From NCBI GenBank assembly GCA_963758295.1, contig CAVWUU010000004.1, positions 64,001 to 128,000 on the forward strand: a stretch of 64,000 bases of DNA, read 5' to 3'. The translations under genes and the position numbers were made by a program. This DNA comes from Candidatus Eremiobacteria bacterium. GTDB taxonomy: Bacteria; Vulcanimicrobiota; Vulcanimicrobiia; Vulcanimicrobiales; Vulcanimicrobiaceae. Shown here piece by piece: positions 21,082 through 30,613 of the stretch. The notes beneath the pieces are model-generated. The model was not told the DNA's origin. It made no database searches and saw only the letters and a program-made list of their open reading frames with translations. The first letter of the stretch is position 1. Each line of letters begins with the position of its first letter.

Positions 21082-22346
21082 GACGCACTCCCGACGGGCT
21101 CGCGCGGCTTGGGAGCGTTGCAGCGCGCTATCGAGATCCCACAGCAAATCGTCTACGTCTTCCAGCCCGACCGAAAGACGAACCGCTTCGGGCGCGACGC
21201 CGGCTTTGGTCATTTCATCGTCGTTCAAGCTGCGAATGCGTCGTGGAGGCGGGATGAATCACGAGCGACTTCGTGTCGCCGACGTTGGCGAGATGCGTCC
21301 ATAATTCGAGTGCGTCGATGAACCGGCGTCCGGCTTCGCGGCCGCCGCGAATGCCGAAGGTGAAAATCGAGCCAAGTTCCGGCGCACGAACCCAGGCGAC
21401 TTCGGGCCGCTGTTCGAGGTGTTCGGCGACGAGCGCGCGCGTTGCGCACGTGCGCGTCCATTCGTACCGGCAATGTTTCGAGACCCGAGCAATAGAAGCC
21501 AGGCGTCCATCGGCGACATCTGCGCGCCGACGTCGCGCAGCACTTCCGCGCGCGCACGCATCAGGAACGCGTACTCGCCGAAGGTTTCGGTGAAGATTTT
21601 CTGGTGATATCCGGGGCTGGGTTGGAGAGCAACGGAAACTTGCCGCTTCCCACATGGAAACTTGCCCGAGTCGATCAGCACGCCGCCGATCGTGGTGCCG
21701 TGGCCGCTGATGAATTTCGTAGCGGAATGTAAGACCAAGTCGGCGCCGCATTCGATCGGCCGGCAGAGAGTACGGTGATGCGAACGTGTTATCGACGACG
21801 AGCGGAATGTCGGCGTCGTGCGCGATCTCGCGCCAGTTCGGCGAGATCGGCAATGCGCGCCGGACGGATTGCCGATCGTCTCGGCAAAAAGCAACTTCGT
21901 ATTCGGCGTAATCGCTGGGGCGCAGCGCTTCGTGGTCGTCGACCGGCGCGAACGTCGTGCCGATCCCCATGCGCTTCATCGTGACCGTGAACTGCGTGAC
22001 CGTTCCGCCGTAGACGTTCTGCGAGCTGACAATATGATCGCCGGTTCTGCGCGAGCGCGAGTACCGCGCAGAGCTGCGCGGCGAGACCGCTCGAGAACGC
22101 TATCGCGCCGAGCCCGCCTTCCAAGCTCGCCATCCGCTCTTCGAAGGCCGCCACCGTCGGATTGCTGATGCGGCTGTAGATGTGGCCGTAGCTGCGCAAT
22201 TGGAACAGTTCCGCAGCCTGCTCGGTTGACCCAAAGACATAGGCAGCGGTTTGGTGGATCGGCATGACGCGCGAACCCGTCGTCGGGTCCGGCGGCGTCC
22301 CTGCATGTATTGCTCGCGTGGAAAATCCAAATGCTCGGTCCTGCAT
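21078..22346 (-). CDS. metY: O-acetylhomoserine aminocarboxypropyltransferase/sulfhydrylase; multiple frameshifts
   Basis: YSRISNPT, VVDNT, HSATKFISGHG, LANVGDTKSLVIHPASTTH, VRLSVGLE. Confidence 0.88.
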
Positions 22347-22381
22347 GACTACGAGGGTTCTCCGCGATAAAGGTCCGCTTC

Positions 22382-23667
22382 ATGGGGATGACACTCACCG
22401 AGAAGATTCTTGCTCGCCACGCCGGCCTCGACCGCGTGGAACCGGGCCAGATCATTAACGCCAACGTCGATCTCGTTCTTGCCAACGAGCTTTCCGCTGC
22501 GGTCGCCATCGGCGTGATGCGCGGCATGAAAGGCGCGAGCAAAGTCTTCGACAAGGAGAAAATCGCGCTCGTCGAAGACCATTTCGTTCCTGCGAAGGAC
22601 GCGCAGTCGGCGAAGCTTGCGAAGTTGATGAAAGACTTCGCTGCCGAGCAGCAGATCAAACATTTCTTTGACGTCGGCCGCGGCGGCATCGAGCACGTCG
22701 TGCTTCCTGAAGAAGGGCTCGTCGCGCCGGGCGAAGTGATCGTCGGCGGCGACTCGCACACGTGCACGTACGGCGCGTTCGGCGCGTTTGCAACCGGAAT
22801 GGGATCCACCGACATCGCGGCAGCCTTCGTGCTTGGCGAAGTGTGGCTCAAGGTCCGCGGCACGATCAAAATCGTCTACACCGGCACGCTGGGCAACATG
22901 GTTTACGCCAAGGACGTGATGCTTCGCACCGTCGGCGAGCTGGGTATCGACGGCGCGACGTATCGCGCGATCGAGTATCACGGATCTACCGTGGACAATC
23001 TTTCGATTACGGGCCGCATCACGATGGCGAACATGGCCATCGAAGCGGGCGCGAAGAACGGCATTTTCCATGCCGACGAAAAGGCGATCGCGTTCGTAAA
23101 AGAACGCACCGACCGTCCGTTCATTCTCGAACGCGCCGATGCCGACGCGGTCGTACGAGCGGGTTCTGAAGATCGACGTCGATTCGCTGGAACCGCAAGT
23201 CGCTTGTCCCCATACGCCGGACAACGTCCATCCGATCTCGCAGGTCACGCGCGACGATATCGCGGTCGACCAAGTCTTCATCGGGTCGTGCACTAACGGC
23301 TACATCGAAGACCTTCGCGTCGTAGCGAAGATTCTCGAGGGAAAGAAGATCTCGTCGAACCTGCGGGTCATCGTCAATCCCGGCTCTCAGAAAGTCTGGA
23401 TGCAGGCGGCGCAAGAAGGCATTCTCACGACGCTCGCGGCCGCGGGCTGCGCCGTGAACACGCCCGGGTGCGGCGCGTGTTTCGGCGGACACATGGGCAC
23501 GCTCGGCGACGGCGAACGCGCGATCTCGACGACGAATCGCAACTACGTCGGGCCGCATGGGTTCCCCGAAATCCGAAGTGTATCTGGCTTCGCCGGCAAC
23601 GTGCGCCGCGTCGGCGCTCACCGGAAAAATCACCGATCCCCGCGTCATGGAGTTGGCAGGCGTCTAG
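22382..23667 (+). CDS. leuC: 3-isopropylmalate dehydratase large subunit (LeuC/HacA type); two frameshifts
   Basis: [30 protein letters not shown]; stop TAG 23665-23667. Confidence 0.9.
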
Positions 23668-23668
23668 C

Positions 23669-24179
23669 ATGGAATCGAAACTGCACGGATACGTGCACAA
23701 ATATGGAAAGAACGTCGACACCGACGTCATCATTCCGGGCAAATATTGCAACATCATCGATCCCGCCGAGCTCGGAAAACACGCGCTCGAAGGCATCGAC
23801 CCCGAATACACGGCGCGAATGAAAGCCGGCGACATCATCGTCGCCGACACGAATTTCGGTTGCGGTTCGAGCCGCGAAGTCGCGCCGATTGCGATCAAGG
23901 GCTCCGGCACTTCGGCCGTTATCGCTAAAAGCTTCGCGCGTATTTTCTATCGCAATGCGCTGAACATCGGGCTGCCGATCTTCGAATCCGCTGAAGCCGT
24001 CGACGGCATCGAATCGGGCGACGAAATTGAACTCGAACCCGAAACCGGCGTCATTCGCAACCTCACCAAAGGGACGCAATATCAAAGCGGCGGAGTTTCC
24101 GCCGTTCATGCGCCAGCTCATCGATGCCGGCGGCCTCGTGCCTTACGTTGAACGCCGCTTAGCAGAAGCCAACCCATAA
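23669..24179 (+). CDS. leuD: 3-isopropylmalate dehydratase small subunit; frameshift near 24090
   Basis: NVDTDVIIP, NFGCGSSRE, SFARIFYRN, C-terminal AGGL. Confidence 0.9.
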
Positions 24180-24197
24180 GTACGCCTTGGCAAAAAA

Positions 24198-24231
24198 AGA
24201 AAGAGGCGCGCAGATTGCGCGCCTCTTTTCT
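24198..24231. terminator. Bidirectional intrinsic terminator between convergent genes
   Basis: AAAGAGGCGCGCA-GAT-TGCGCGCCTCTTT flanked by A and T tracts. Confidence 0.85.
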
Positions 24232-24251
24232 ATAAAGCGTTAGCCGATCTG

Positions 24252-24896
24252 TTAGCGCGGTGGGCCGTAGCCGCCGCCGCCCATACCACCCGGTTGCGGG
24301 TTGACGTTGTCGAACCACTTTTCTTTGGGCCTGTAAGCAGCGGTAAACGGTACGCGCTCTTTCGTATCGGTCAACATGCCGAGCATGTCGGTGGTGCCGT
24401 CGATTTTGCCCTCGAGAAGAATCGTCGATCCGTCGGGCATAGAAACCACCATGCGAACATCCGTGCCGTCGAGCGATCCCGCGAGTGGATATTTCTTCCC
24501 CGAACCGTCGAGATAGGTTCCCGTTAGCGCGCTGCCGCTTTGCTTAAGCTGGAAGTGTTCGTACGCGGTATTGGCGCCGCGTTGAATCTGCAGTTCCCAC
24601 ACTCCCTCGATGCCTTTGCGGTCGTCGGGCGGCGGGCTCGGCGTTCCCGAACCTTTGGGTGCCGGAGTAGATTTGGCGCCGTTGCTTTTCATTAAATCGT
24701 CAAGCGCGGCGTTCGGCGTCGGTGTGGCCGCGGCAGGCCCGGTATTACTCACGGGCTGATTCGTGGGGGCTTGCACCGGCGCGGCAGGCGCGTTGAGCGG
24801 AGGCGGCGTGGGAAGCGGCGTCGGGCTCGGGGACGGGCTGGGCGTCGCCGCCAGCAGCGCGGCTGCTCCGGCGAGAACGAGGATCGGCTTATTCAC
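24252..24896 (-). CDS. Secreted Pro-rich hypothetical protein with a small beta-rich C-terminal domain
   Basis: Signal peptide, PSPSPTP linker, GxW..LxQxG..LTG pattern. Confidence 0.65.
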   Translation of the reverse strand: MNKPILVLAGAAALLAATPSPSPSPTPLPTPPPLNAPAAPVQAPTNQPVSNTGPAAATPTPNAALDDLMKSNGAKSTPAPKGSGTPSPPPDDRKGIEGVWELQIQRGANTAYEHFQLKQSGSALTGTYLDGSGKKYPLAGSLDGTDVRMVVSMPDGSTILLEGKIDGTTDMLGMLTDTKERVPFTAAYRPKEKWFDNVNPQPGGMGGGGYGPPR

Positions 24897-24913
24897 GGTC
24901 GATGGCTTTCGCT

Positions 24914-25456
24914 TTAGGGACTTGGGCTCATGCTAGGTTCGGGACTCTCGGCGGCCGCCCCCGCGGACGGCGTCTCTACCGGGACGCGGTGCGGCTCGAT
25001 CGGCAAGCGAATTCTATTCGGCGCAGCTCCAACGGCCGCAGCTTGCTGGATCCGTTGCACGTCGTGGGCAAGCATTGCAACCGAGCTCGAGAGCGGCGGG
25101 CACTGCAGATCGGTAGACGTGTAGTTGTGCCACGTCACGGTCGTCGTCGTTCCGAACGATGCGCTTTTCATACAATGCTGCAACGTGCCGGGATCTTCGC
25201 GCGCCGCTTTCGCGTCGCTCATAAATTTCTCGGCAAGCGCGGCATCGACGGTAAACGCTTTTTCCGGGCGGCCCGTCACGGCTACGGCGCCGCTGCCGTC
25301 GGAGTGCAGCTTGATCGTGTACCCTGCCGTATTCGTCGATCCCGACGTCGTGATGGAGGCCCCGTCGAGGGCGGCCGCCGATGCCGGCGACGACGACGCC
25401 GCGAATATGAGGACTGCGGTCACCGGCGCGAGTACCGAGCGGTTGTATTGCTTCAT
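24914..25456 (-). CDS. Secreted hypothetical protein
   Basis: GGAG RBS before ATG 25456; signal peptide; SGSTNT..Y and CMKSASFG motifs. Confidence 0.65.
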   Translation of the reverse strand: MKQYNRSVLAPVTAVLIFAASSSPASAAALDGASITTSGSTNTAGYTIKLHSDGSGAVAVTGRPEKAFTVDAALAEKFMSDAKAAREDPGTLQHCMKSASFGTTTTVTWHNYTSTDLQCPPLSSSVAMLAHDVQRIQQAAAVGAAPNRIRLPIEPHRVPVETPSAGAAAESPEPSMSPSP

Positions 25457-25600
25457 AGTCACTCCGTAAACGTATGGAGAACCTCTAACGTTCGCGACGA
25501 TTGTCGCAGGGATGCGAGTTGTCTGAGGGAATTGTGAGAGCCTTTTCATCCAGGGTGTCAGGCCGGGATGCGATTCGCATATGCCCGGGCTAGGAGTGCA

Positions 25601-26986
25601 GTGAACGCGCGCTTTGGTTTTGTACTCGCGGTAATATCCGCGAGTTTATTAGCAGCATGCGGCGGCGGTGGTGGCGGAGGCGGTGGAACCCCGCCGACGA
25701 CCACACCGTCGGCCACACCCGTGCACACGCCGACGCCGGTGCCGTCGCCGACGTATCCCGCGAATTCGCAGGGATGCGTTTCGACTTCGGCCGTGCGTCG
25801 TGCCGACACCGTGGGCGTGCATCCGATTACGAGCGGCAATTCGTACGCTTATAGCGGCACGCTGACGGAGACGGTCGCGCGTTCTTCGCCGTGTCCGATC
25901 CCGACCTCGACGTCGCAGGCAACCGTGTTCGTTAACGTCAGCGAAGGAACGCCGGGACCAACCGCCGCGCCGGGCACACAGTCGGAAGAGCATAGCTCCG
26001 AAACCGACAACTTCTCGACGCGAACGACGACGGTAGCCACCGATGCAGCCGTCATGACCAACGGCACCGCGTTCTACGAACTGGCCGAAAACTCGACGGA
26101 TCAAGGCGGCAACACCGTTACGACGACGTTCACGTCGCCGGGCCTGAAGTTCGCGTTGATTCCGGAAGCGAGCGGTAATTCGTGGACCAATGCCGTTCCG
26201 CATACGGTCGTCTCGAAAATCGCCGACGGATCGAATTACTCCCGCGCGTATAACGCTAACGGTACCTACACCGAAACGGATTCTCTGCCCGGAAGCGTTA
26301 CGAGCACGATTACTGAGAGTGCCGACGGATCCGGTGCATACGATATCGGCGCCGGTGCGAGCGGCACGTTCGCCGTAACCCTAAGCGCGCCGGCGAGTAA
26401 CTCCATCACAATGAAGTACAACGCGGTAAATCATACGGTGCCGTTGTGGTACACGTTGCCGCTCGTGCCGTATGCCGATCGCACGCAAGACCTCGGCATG
26501 CAAAACATCGATGCCGCATGCGGAACGTTGAGCTCGCTCAGAAGCCCGGCCCAGGCCGAGAAACTGGTCCGCACGACGACGACCGTGGACACGATCCTCG
26601 GCTATATCGACACGCGCACGACGACGTCTTGGGATCTGCCGAACTACAGCGGGTTGAGCGGACCGACGACGATGGGCCCCATCTGCGTCGAAATCAGCGA
26701 CGTCGAGAAAATCTATTACGATTACTCGCTCGACACGATGTACTACGTAGCGCGCACGTCCGACGGCAAACCGATTCAGACCAATACGATTTCCGAAGCG
26801 TATTCCCTGAACGCCGCGCCGGTCGTGAATCTGCTCGGCCGCTCGCAACCCGATGCGAAGACGTTCGATGCGCAAATCGTCGCGCGTCAAGCCGGCATCA
26901 CGTTCACGCGCAATGTCGAACGCGCTAACCGCATTTCGGCGTTCGCACAAGCCGTACGCAATGGATCCCTGGGAGGCCGTCAATGA
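25601..26986 (+). CDS. Ser/Thr-rich lipoprotein of unknown function
   Basis: AGGAG RBS and GTG 25601; lipobox LAAC, Gly run, PT linker; ATGA overlap with the S53 gene. Confidence 0.75.
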   Translation: MNARFGFVLAVISASLLAACGGGGGGGGGTPPTTTPSATPVHTPTPVPSPTYPANSQGCVSTSAVRRADTVGVHPITSGNSYAYSGTLTETVARSSPCPIPTSTSQATVFVNVSEGTPGPTAAPGTQSEEHSSETDNFSTRTTTVATDAAVMTNGTAFYELAENSTDQGGNTVTTTFTSPGLKFALIPEASGNSWTNAVPHTVVSKIADGSNYSRAYNANGTYTETDSLPGSVTSTITESADGSGAYDIGAGASGTFAVTLSAPASNSITMKYNAVNHTVPLWYTLPLVPYADRTQDLGMQNIDAACGTLSSLRSPAQAEKLVRTTTTVDTILGYIDTRTTTSWDLPNYSGLSGPTTMGPICVEISDVEKIYYDYSLDTMYYVARTSDGKPIQTNTISEAYSLNAAPVVNLLGRSQPDAKTFDAQIVARQAGITFTRNVERANRISAFAQAVRNGSLGGRQ

Positions 26987-29112
26987 ACCGCTTTAAATCG
27001 ATAGCCGCGCTTGCAGCGCTTTCCTTGGCCGTCTCCGCATGTGGTGGCCACGGCAGTTCCGGACCCACGCTTCCGGCAAACCCCGGGACAACGTTTACCG
27101 GCAGCATTCCAGCGGCGCTGATGGTCCCGAATTGGAATAAGGATGCTCTGACCGGCGCAACCTACGTCGGTCCTGCGACGGGCTCGCACCTCAATGCCAT
27201 GGTTCTCGTGCATCAGCAAAACTCCAACGGGCTGCTGCAGTACGCGCGTGAAGTCAGCGATCCGTCCTCGCCGAATTTCCGGCATTTTCTGACGCCGCAG
27301 CAAATCGGCGAGCGTTACGGCGCATCGCAAAGCGACTACCAAAAAGCCGCGCAGTATTTTCTTTCCAACGGCTTGGCCGTCGGCGGCTGGCCGCAGCACA
27401 TGCTGCTCTCCGTTGCGGGCGATCAAAGCCAATTCGAGCGCGCCATGGGCACGAAGTTCGCGGTGTACTCGAAGAATGGCCAGCAATTCATCGCCCCAAC
27501 CGGCACGCCGCATTTTACGACGAAGGTTCCGGTTGACGGCGTTGGCCGAATTGTGACGTACAACCCGATGCACTCGTATCTCGTGCCGGCTCCGCCGCGC
27601 GCCGGCGCGGGCTTCGCGACCGGGTTTTCGCCTTCGCAAGTGGCGAACGCGTTCGACTTCACCGGTGCTTATGGCGCCGGGTTCGACGGAACGGGCATCA
27701 CCATCGGCATCATCGGGACCGGTCCCATCGACGTAGGCGGGACGTCCGGCGATAAAGACCTCGACGCCTTCGCCGCCGCAACGCACGCTCGCGTTGCGCA
27801 TGTGACGCAAGTTGCCGTCACCGCGAATGGCGTTGCCGCCGGCTTGAACGTCAGCGGCATCCCGACCGCGCCGCCGGCTACGCCGAATCCGAACGGCACG
27901 CCGGCGCCCGTACCGGGCGGTCCGGGGTTTCCCTATTCGAACGATTTCCAGACGCCGCCGCCGGTAACGACTCCCACCTGCACGGGAAATTTGCCCGCGT
28001 GCAATCCGGAAGACGGTGAAGCGCAGCTTGACGTGCAACAAACTGCATCGCTCGCAACCGGCGCAAACGTGAAATTCTATCTGGCGTATAACGCTTCGGA
28101 CTGCTACACGTTCTTCCCGAACTCATGCGGAGCGACCCCGGCGCCAAGCGCATCGCCTGGTGCGAACGCAGGCGCGGCGGAAATCGGCATCGTCGAAGCC
28201 GACGCGGAGATTCAACAGGCAATCGGCGACAATACGGCCGACGTACTTTCATTGAGCTACGGTGGCGGCGAAACGCAGCAGTTTGCTAATTACAACGACT
28301 ACCAAACGTCGTTCCAACAACTGCAATTCGCAGCACTTACGGCCGAAGGTATCGCCGCGTTCGCGTCTTCCGGCGACTACGGTTCAGCCGAGTGCCTCGG
28401 TCCGAACAACACCTATCTCTCGCAAGTCTGCGTGAGCTATCCCTCGGGCGATGACAACGTGACATCCGTCGGCGGCGTAACGGCGCCGTTGGATGGATTC
28501 GGCAACCTTCAAGGCCCGATGATCGCGTGGGGCATTTCGACGCAAGAAAGCGGTTACGGCGCGTATTCGGGATCCGGCGGCGGAAAGTCGACCCTCATGC
28601 CGGCGCCGTCCTGGCAATCGGCCGCGGTGAGCGGAGCCACCATGCGGGAACAGCCCGACGTCTCGATGATCGGCGATCCGAACACCGGCGTTGCAACTAT
28701 CATGAACGCGCGCTTCAGCGGGGCGCTTTCCGGAGTGGGCGGCACGTCGGTCGCGGCTCCGCAGATGGCCGCTATGTGGGCGCTCGTGCTCGAGGCCTGT
28801 AAAGCGAACCCCGGCCATGGCATGTGTCCGCCTACGGGTTCCGGACCGTATTGGCGCCTGGGGAATGCGTCGCCGTATCTCTATGCCATCTATAAGGGCA
28901 CGCCGGTCAACTCGGTCACGCCGGCATTGGCGTACGCGAACGTGTTCTTCGACGTGCTTTACGGCGACAACGAGATGCAGAATCCGGACAAGCCGAACTC
29001 GGCTCCGATCCCCGGTGCAAAAGCCATGACGGGCTTCGATCAAGTGACCGGTGTCGGCGTTCCGTACGCCGGACACCTCATCACGGCAATCACCGGGCAA
29101 AGCGTCCCCTAG
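26983..29112 (+). CDS. S53 (sedolisin/kumamolisin) peptidase with pro-domain, lipoprotein
   Basis: Lipobox VSAC; pro-domain FLTPQQI..RYG; EAQLD, SSGDYG, GGTSVAAP, GFDQVTGVG. Confidence 0.92.
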   Translation: MNRFKSIAALAALSLAVSACGGHGSSGPTLPANPGTTFTGSIPAALMVPNWNKDALTGATYVGPATGSHLNAMVLVHQQNSNGLLQYAREVSDPSSPNFRHFLTPQQIGERYGASQSDYQKAAQYFLSNGLAVGGWPQHMLLSVAGDQSQFERAMGTKFAVYSKNGQQFIAPTGTPHFTTKVPVDGVGRIVTYNPMHSYLVPAPPRAGAGFATGFSPSQVANAFDFTGAYGAGFDGTGITIGIIGTGPIDVGGTSGDKDLDAFAAATHARVAHVTQVAVTANGVAAGLNVSGIPTAPPATPNPNGTPAPVPGGPGFPYSNDFQTPPPVTTPTCTGNLPACNPEDGEAQLDVQQTASLATGANVKFYLAYNASDCYTFFPNSCGATPAPSASPGANAGAAEIGIVEADAEIQQAIGDNTADVLSLSYGGGETQQFANYNDYQTSFQQLQFAALTAEGIAAFASSGDYGSAECLGPNNTYLSQVCVSYPSGDDNVTSVGGVTAPLDGFGNLQGPMIAWGISTQESGYGAYSGSGGGKSTLMPAPSWQSAAVSGATMREQPDVSMIGDPNTGVATIMNARFSGALSGVGGTSVAAPQMAAMWALVLEACKANPGHGMCPPTGSGPYWRLGNASPYLYAIYKGTPVNSVTPALAYANVFFDVLYGDNEMQNPDKPNSAPIPGAKAMTGFDQVTGVGVPYAGHLITAITGQSVP

Positions 29113-29143
29113 CGCTTTCAAAGGGCGTCATGTAAGGAGCTTG

Positions 29144-29180
29144 AAAGAAATCCGGGACGCTTGGTCTCGGATTTCTTTTT
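29144..29180 (+). terminator. Intrinsic terminator
   Basis: AAAGAAATCCGGGAC-GCTTG-GTCTCGGATTTCTTT followed by T tract. Confidence 0.85.
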
Positions 29181-29219
29181 GCCGTTACTTTTGCTAGCTT
29201 TAAAGCCTAAGGAGTCGCC

Positions 29220-29540
29220 ATGAACCAAGAGCAATCGCTGGCAGAGCACCTGACGGCGCTTCACGACGAGTTAAATGAGGCGGCGAAAACCAACGACGAT
29301 GAAGCAAGGAAGCGTATCAACGAAGCGCTGCAACACCTGGATGCCGCGCAAGAGCAACTGAAAACCAGGACGGGAACTCGCACCGAGCAGATCGGCCAGC
29401 ATCTCGACTCGCTTCAAGAGCATGCGTCGAATGCCGCGAACGAGCACGGCGATTCCCTGCGCGTACGCCTTCATAAGATGATGACGGCGTGCAACAACGC
29501 GATCGAACATTGCATCGAAGAACAAACAATGACTCCTTGA
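29220..29540 (+). CDS. Small alpha-helical hypothetical protein
   Basis: AAGGAG RBS; amphipathic His/Glu/Gln-rich helices. Confidence 0.65.
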   Translation: MNQEQSLAEHLTALHDELNEAAKTNDDEARKRINEALQHLDAAQEQLKTRTGTRTEQIGQHLDSLQEHASNAANEHGDSLRVRLHKMMTACNNAIEHCIEEQTMTP

Positions 29541-29620
29541 CCTTGGGAAGGCGGCCATGCGTCTTGCAGGCATACCCTCTTGGTGCAGCGCGAGGCACTC
29601 CGGACCCCCCTTTACAGCCC

Positions 29621-29629
29621 TGCTATAAT
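29621..29629 (+). promoter_or_regulatory. Extended -10 promoter of rpmE (near-leaderless)
   Basis: TGCTATAAT ending 9 nt before the GTG start. Confidence 0.7.
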
Positions 29630-29638
29630 CGAGGGGCT

Positions 29639-29911
29639 GTGAAAGAGAAGATCCACCCCAATTGGTACCCCGAAGCGCGCGTTCACTGTGCGTGCGGGAG
29701 CACGTTTACGACCGGTTCCACGATGAAAGACATTTCCGTCGAGATTTGCTCGGCGTGTCATCCGCTCTTTACCGGTCAGCAGAAGCTCATCGACACCGCC
29801 GGCCGCGTTGACAAGTTCAACCAGCGCGCCGCTGCCGCCGAGCAAAAGAAGAAAGAAGCCGAAGCCCGCAAGGCCGCCCGCGAGTCCAAAAAGGCCGCTG
29901 CGGAAGCTTAG
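29639..29911 (+). CDS. rpmE: 50S ribosomal protein L31, Zn-binding form
   Basis: [28 protein letters not shown]. Confidence 0.96.
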   Translation: MKEKIHPNWYPEARVHCACGSTFTTGSTMKDISVEICSACHPLFTGQQKLIDTAGRVDKFNQRAAAAEQKKKEAEARKAARESKKAAAEA

Positions 29912-29930
29912 CTGCGTTCAGAATGACTGG

Positions 29931-29962
29931 AGACGAGCCGCTTGCGGCTCGTCTTTTCTTTT
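29931..29962 (+). terminator. Intrinsic terminator after rpmE
   Basis: AGACGAGCCGC-TT-GCGGCTCGTCT then TTTCTTTT. Confidence 0.85.
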
Positions 29963-29976
29963 GCCTGGCGTATCGC

Positions 29977-30012
29977 TTGGCGGTGCTACATGAATGTATT
30001 ACAATGATGTAG
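29977..30012 (+). promoter_or_regulatory. TA promoter with overlapping palindromic operator
   Basis: TTGGCG-17 nt-TACAAT; CTACATGAATGTATTACAATGATGTAG is self-complementary at 22 of 27 positions. Confidence 0.75.
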
Positions 30013-30014
30013 TT

Positions 30015-30254
30015 GTGAGTTCGCCAATTTCATTACGCTTGGATCCCGACGTGCGGACGCTCTTGGAGCGCGATGCCGCTGAACATGGAATCGGCCTGGC
30101 GACATACCTTCGAGAGCTTGCGACAAAGCGTGCTAGGGAACTTCGAAAAGCGACGATTCGCGCTCAGAGCCGCGAGCTGGGAACGCGGGCCAAGTCATCT
30201 TCCGAAGTAGCCGGGTTCTACGATGAGACCGGCTCCTCGGCGCCCGACCTGTGA
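30015..30254 (+). CDS. Putative RHH/CopG-type antitoxin
   Basis: N-terminal ISLRLD strand followed by helices; GTGA overlap with the toxin; GTG 30015 preferred as start. Confidence 0.75.
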   Translation: MSSPISLRLDPDVRTLLERDAAEHGIGLATYLRELATKRARELRKATIRAQSRELGTRAKSSSEVAGFYDETGSSAPDL

Positions 30255-30610
30255 CTGCGTTCGCTGCCGGCGAAATCGTACTGGCCGATTGGCGTGGCGA
30301 CGCGGTTCCGAAGGAAGCGAATAAGCTTAGGCCGTGCGTGGTCGTGGAAGATGTCGAACTGTTCGACGTTTCTCACCCTACGGTTATCCTCGTGCCGTTG
30401 ACGACGGACGCCTCAATGGCGATCGCCGAGCTGGCAACCACGATCGAGCCCGATGAATCGAACGGCTGTGCGGAACGCTCCTATGCCATCTCGCACGCGC
30501 CGGTTACCGCGTCGAAAAACAGGGTCCGGGCAAGATCCGGCACGCGTATCTCTGAACAACAACTCGCCTTGATCCGCCGGCAAATCGCGGAAAGTATTGG
30601 ACTCTCGTAG
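30251..30610 (+). CDS. PemK/MazF family endoribonuclease toxin
   Basis: GEIVLAD, KLRPCVVV, VILVPLTT, NG..S. Confidence 0.9.
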   Translation: MTAFAAGEIVLADWRGDAVPKEANKLRPCVVVEDVELFDVSHPTVILVPLTTDASMAIAELATTIEPDESNGCAERSYAISHAPVTASKNRVRARSGTRISEQQLALIRRQIAESIGLS

Positions 30611-30613
30611 CAA

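Noticed and set aside
20686..21228. Apparent MetY/CoA-binding protein fusion
   Set aside because: An RBS and an ATGA overlap sit at the junction in an indel-rich gene; two coupled genes are more likely
25528..25538. GGAATTGTGAG matches the left half of the lac operator
   Set aside because: The right half is absent and there is no vector sequence; chance match
29994..30014. ATG 29994 as antitoxin start
   Set aside because: It lies inside the promoter spacer, upstream of the -10 element
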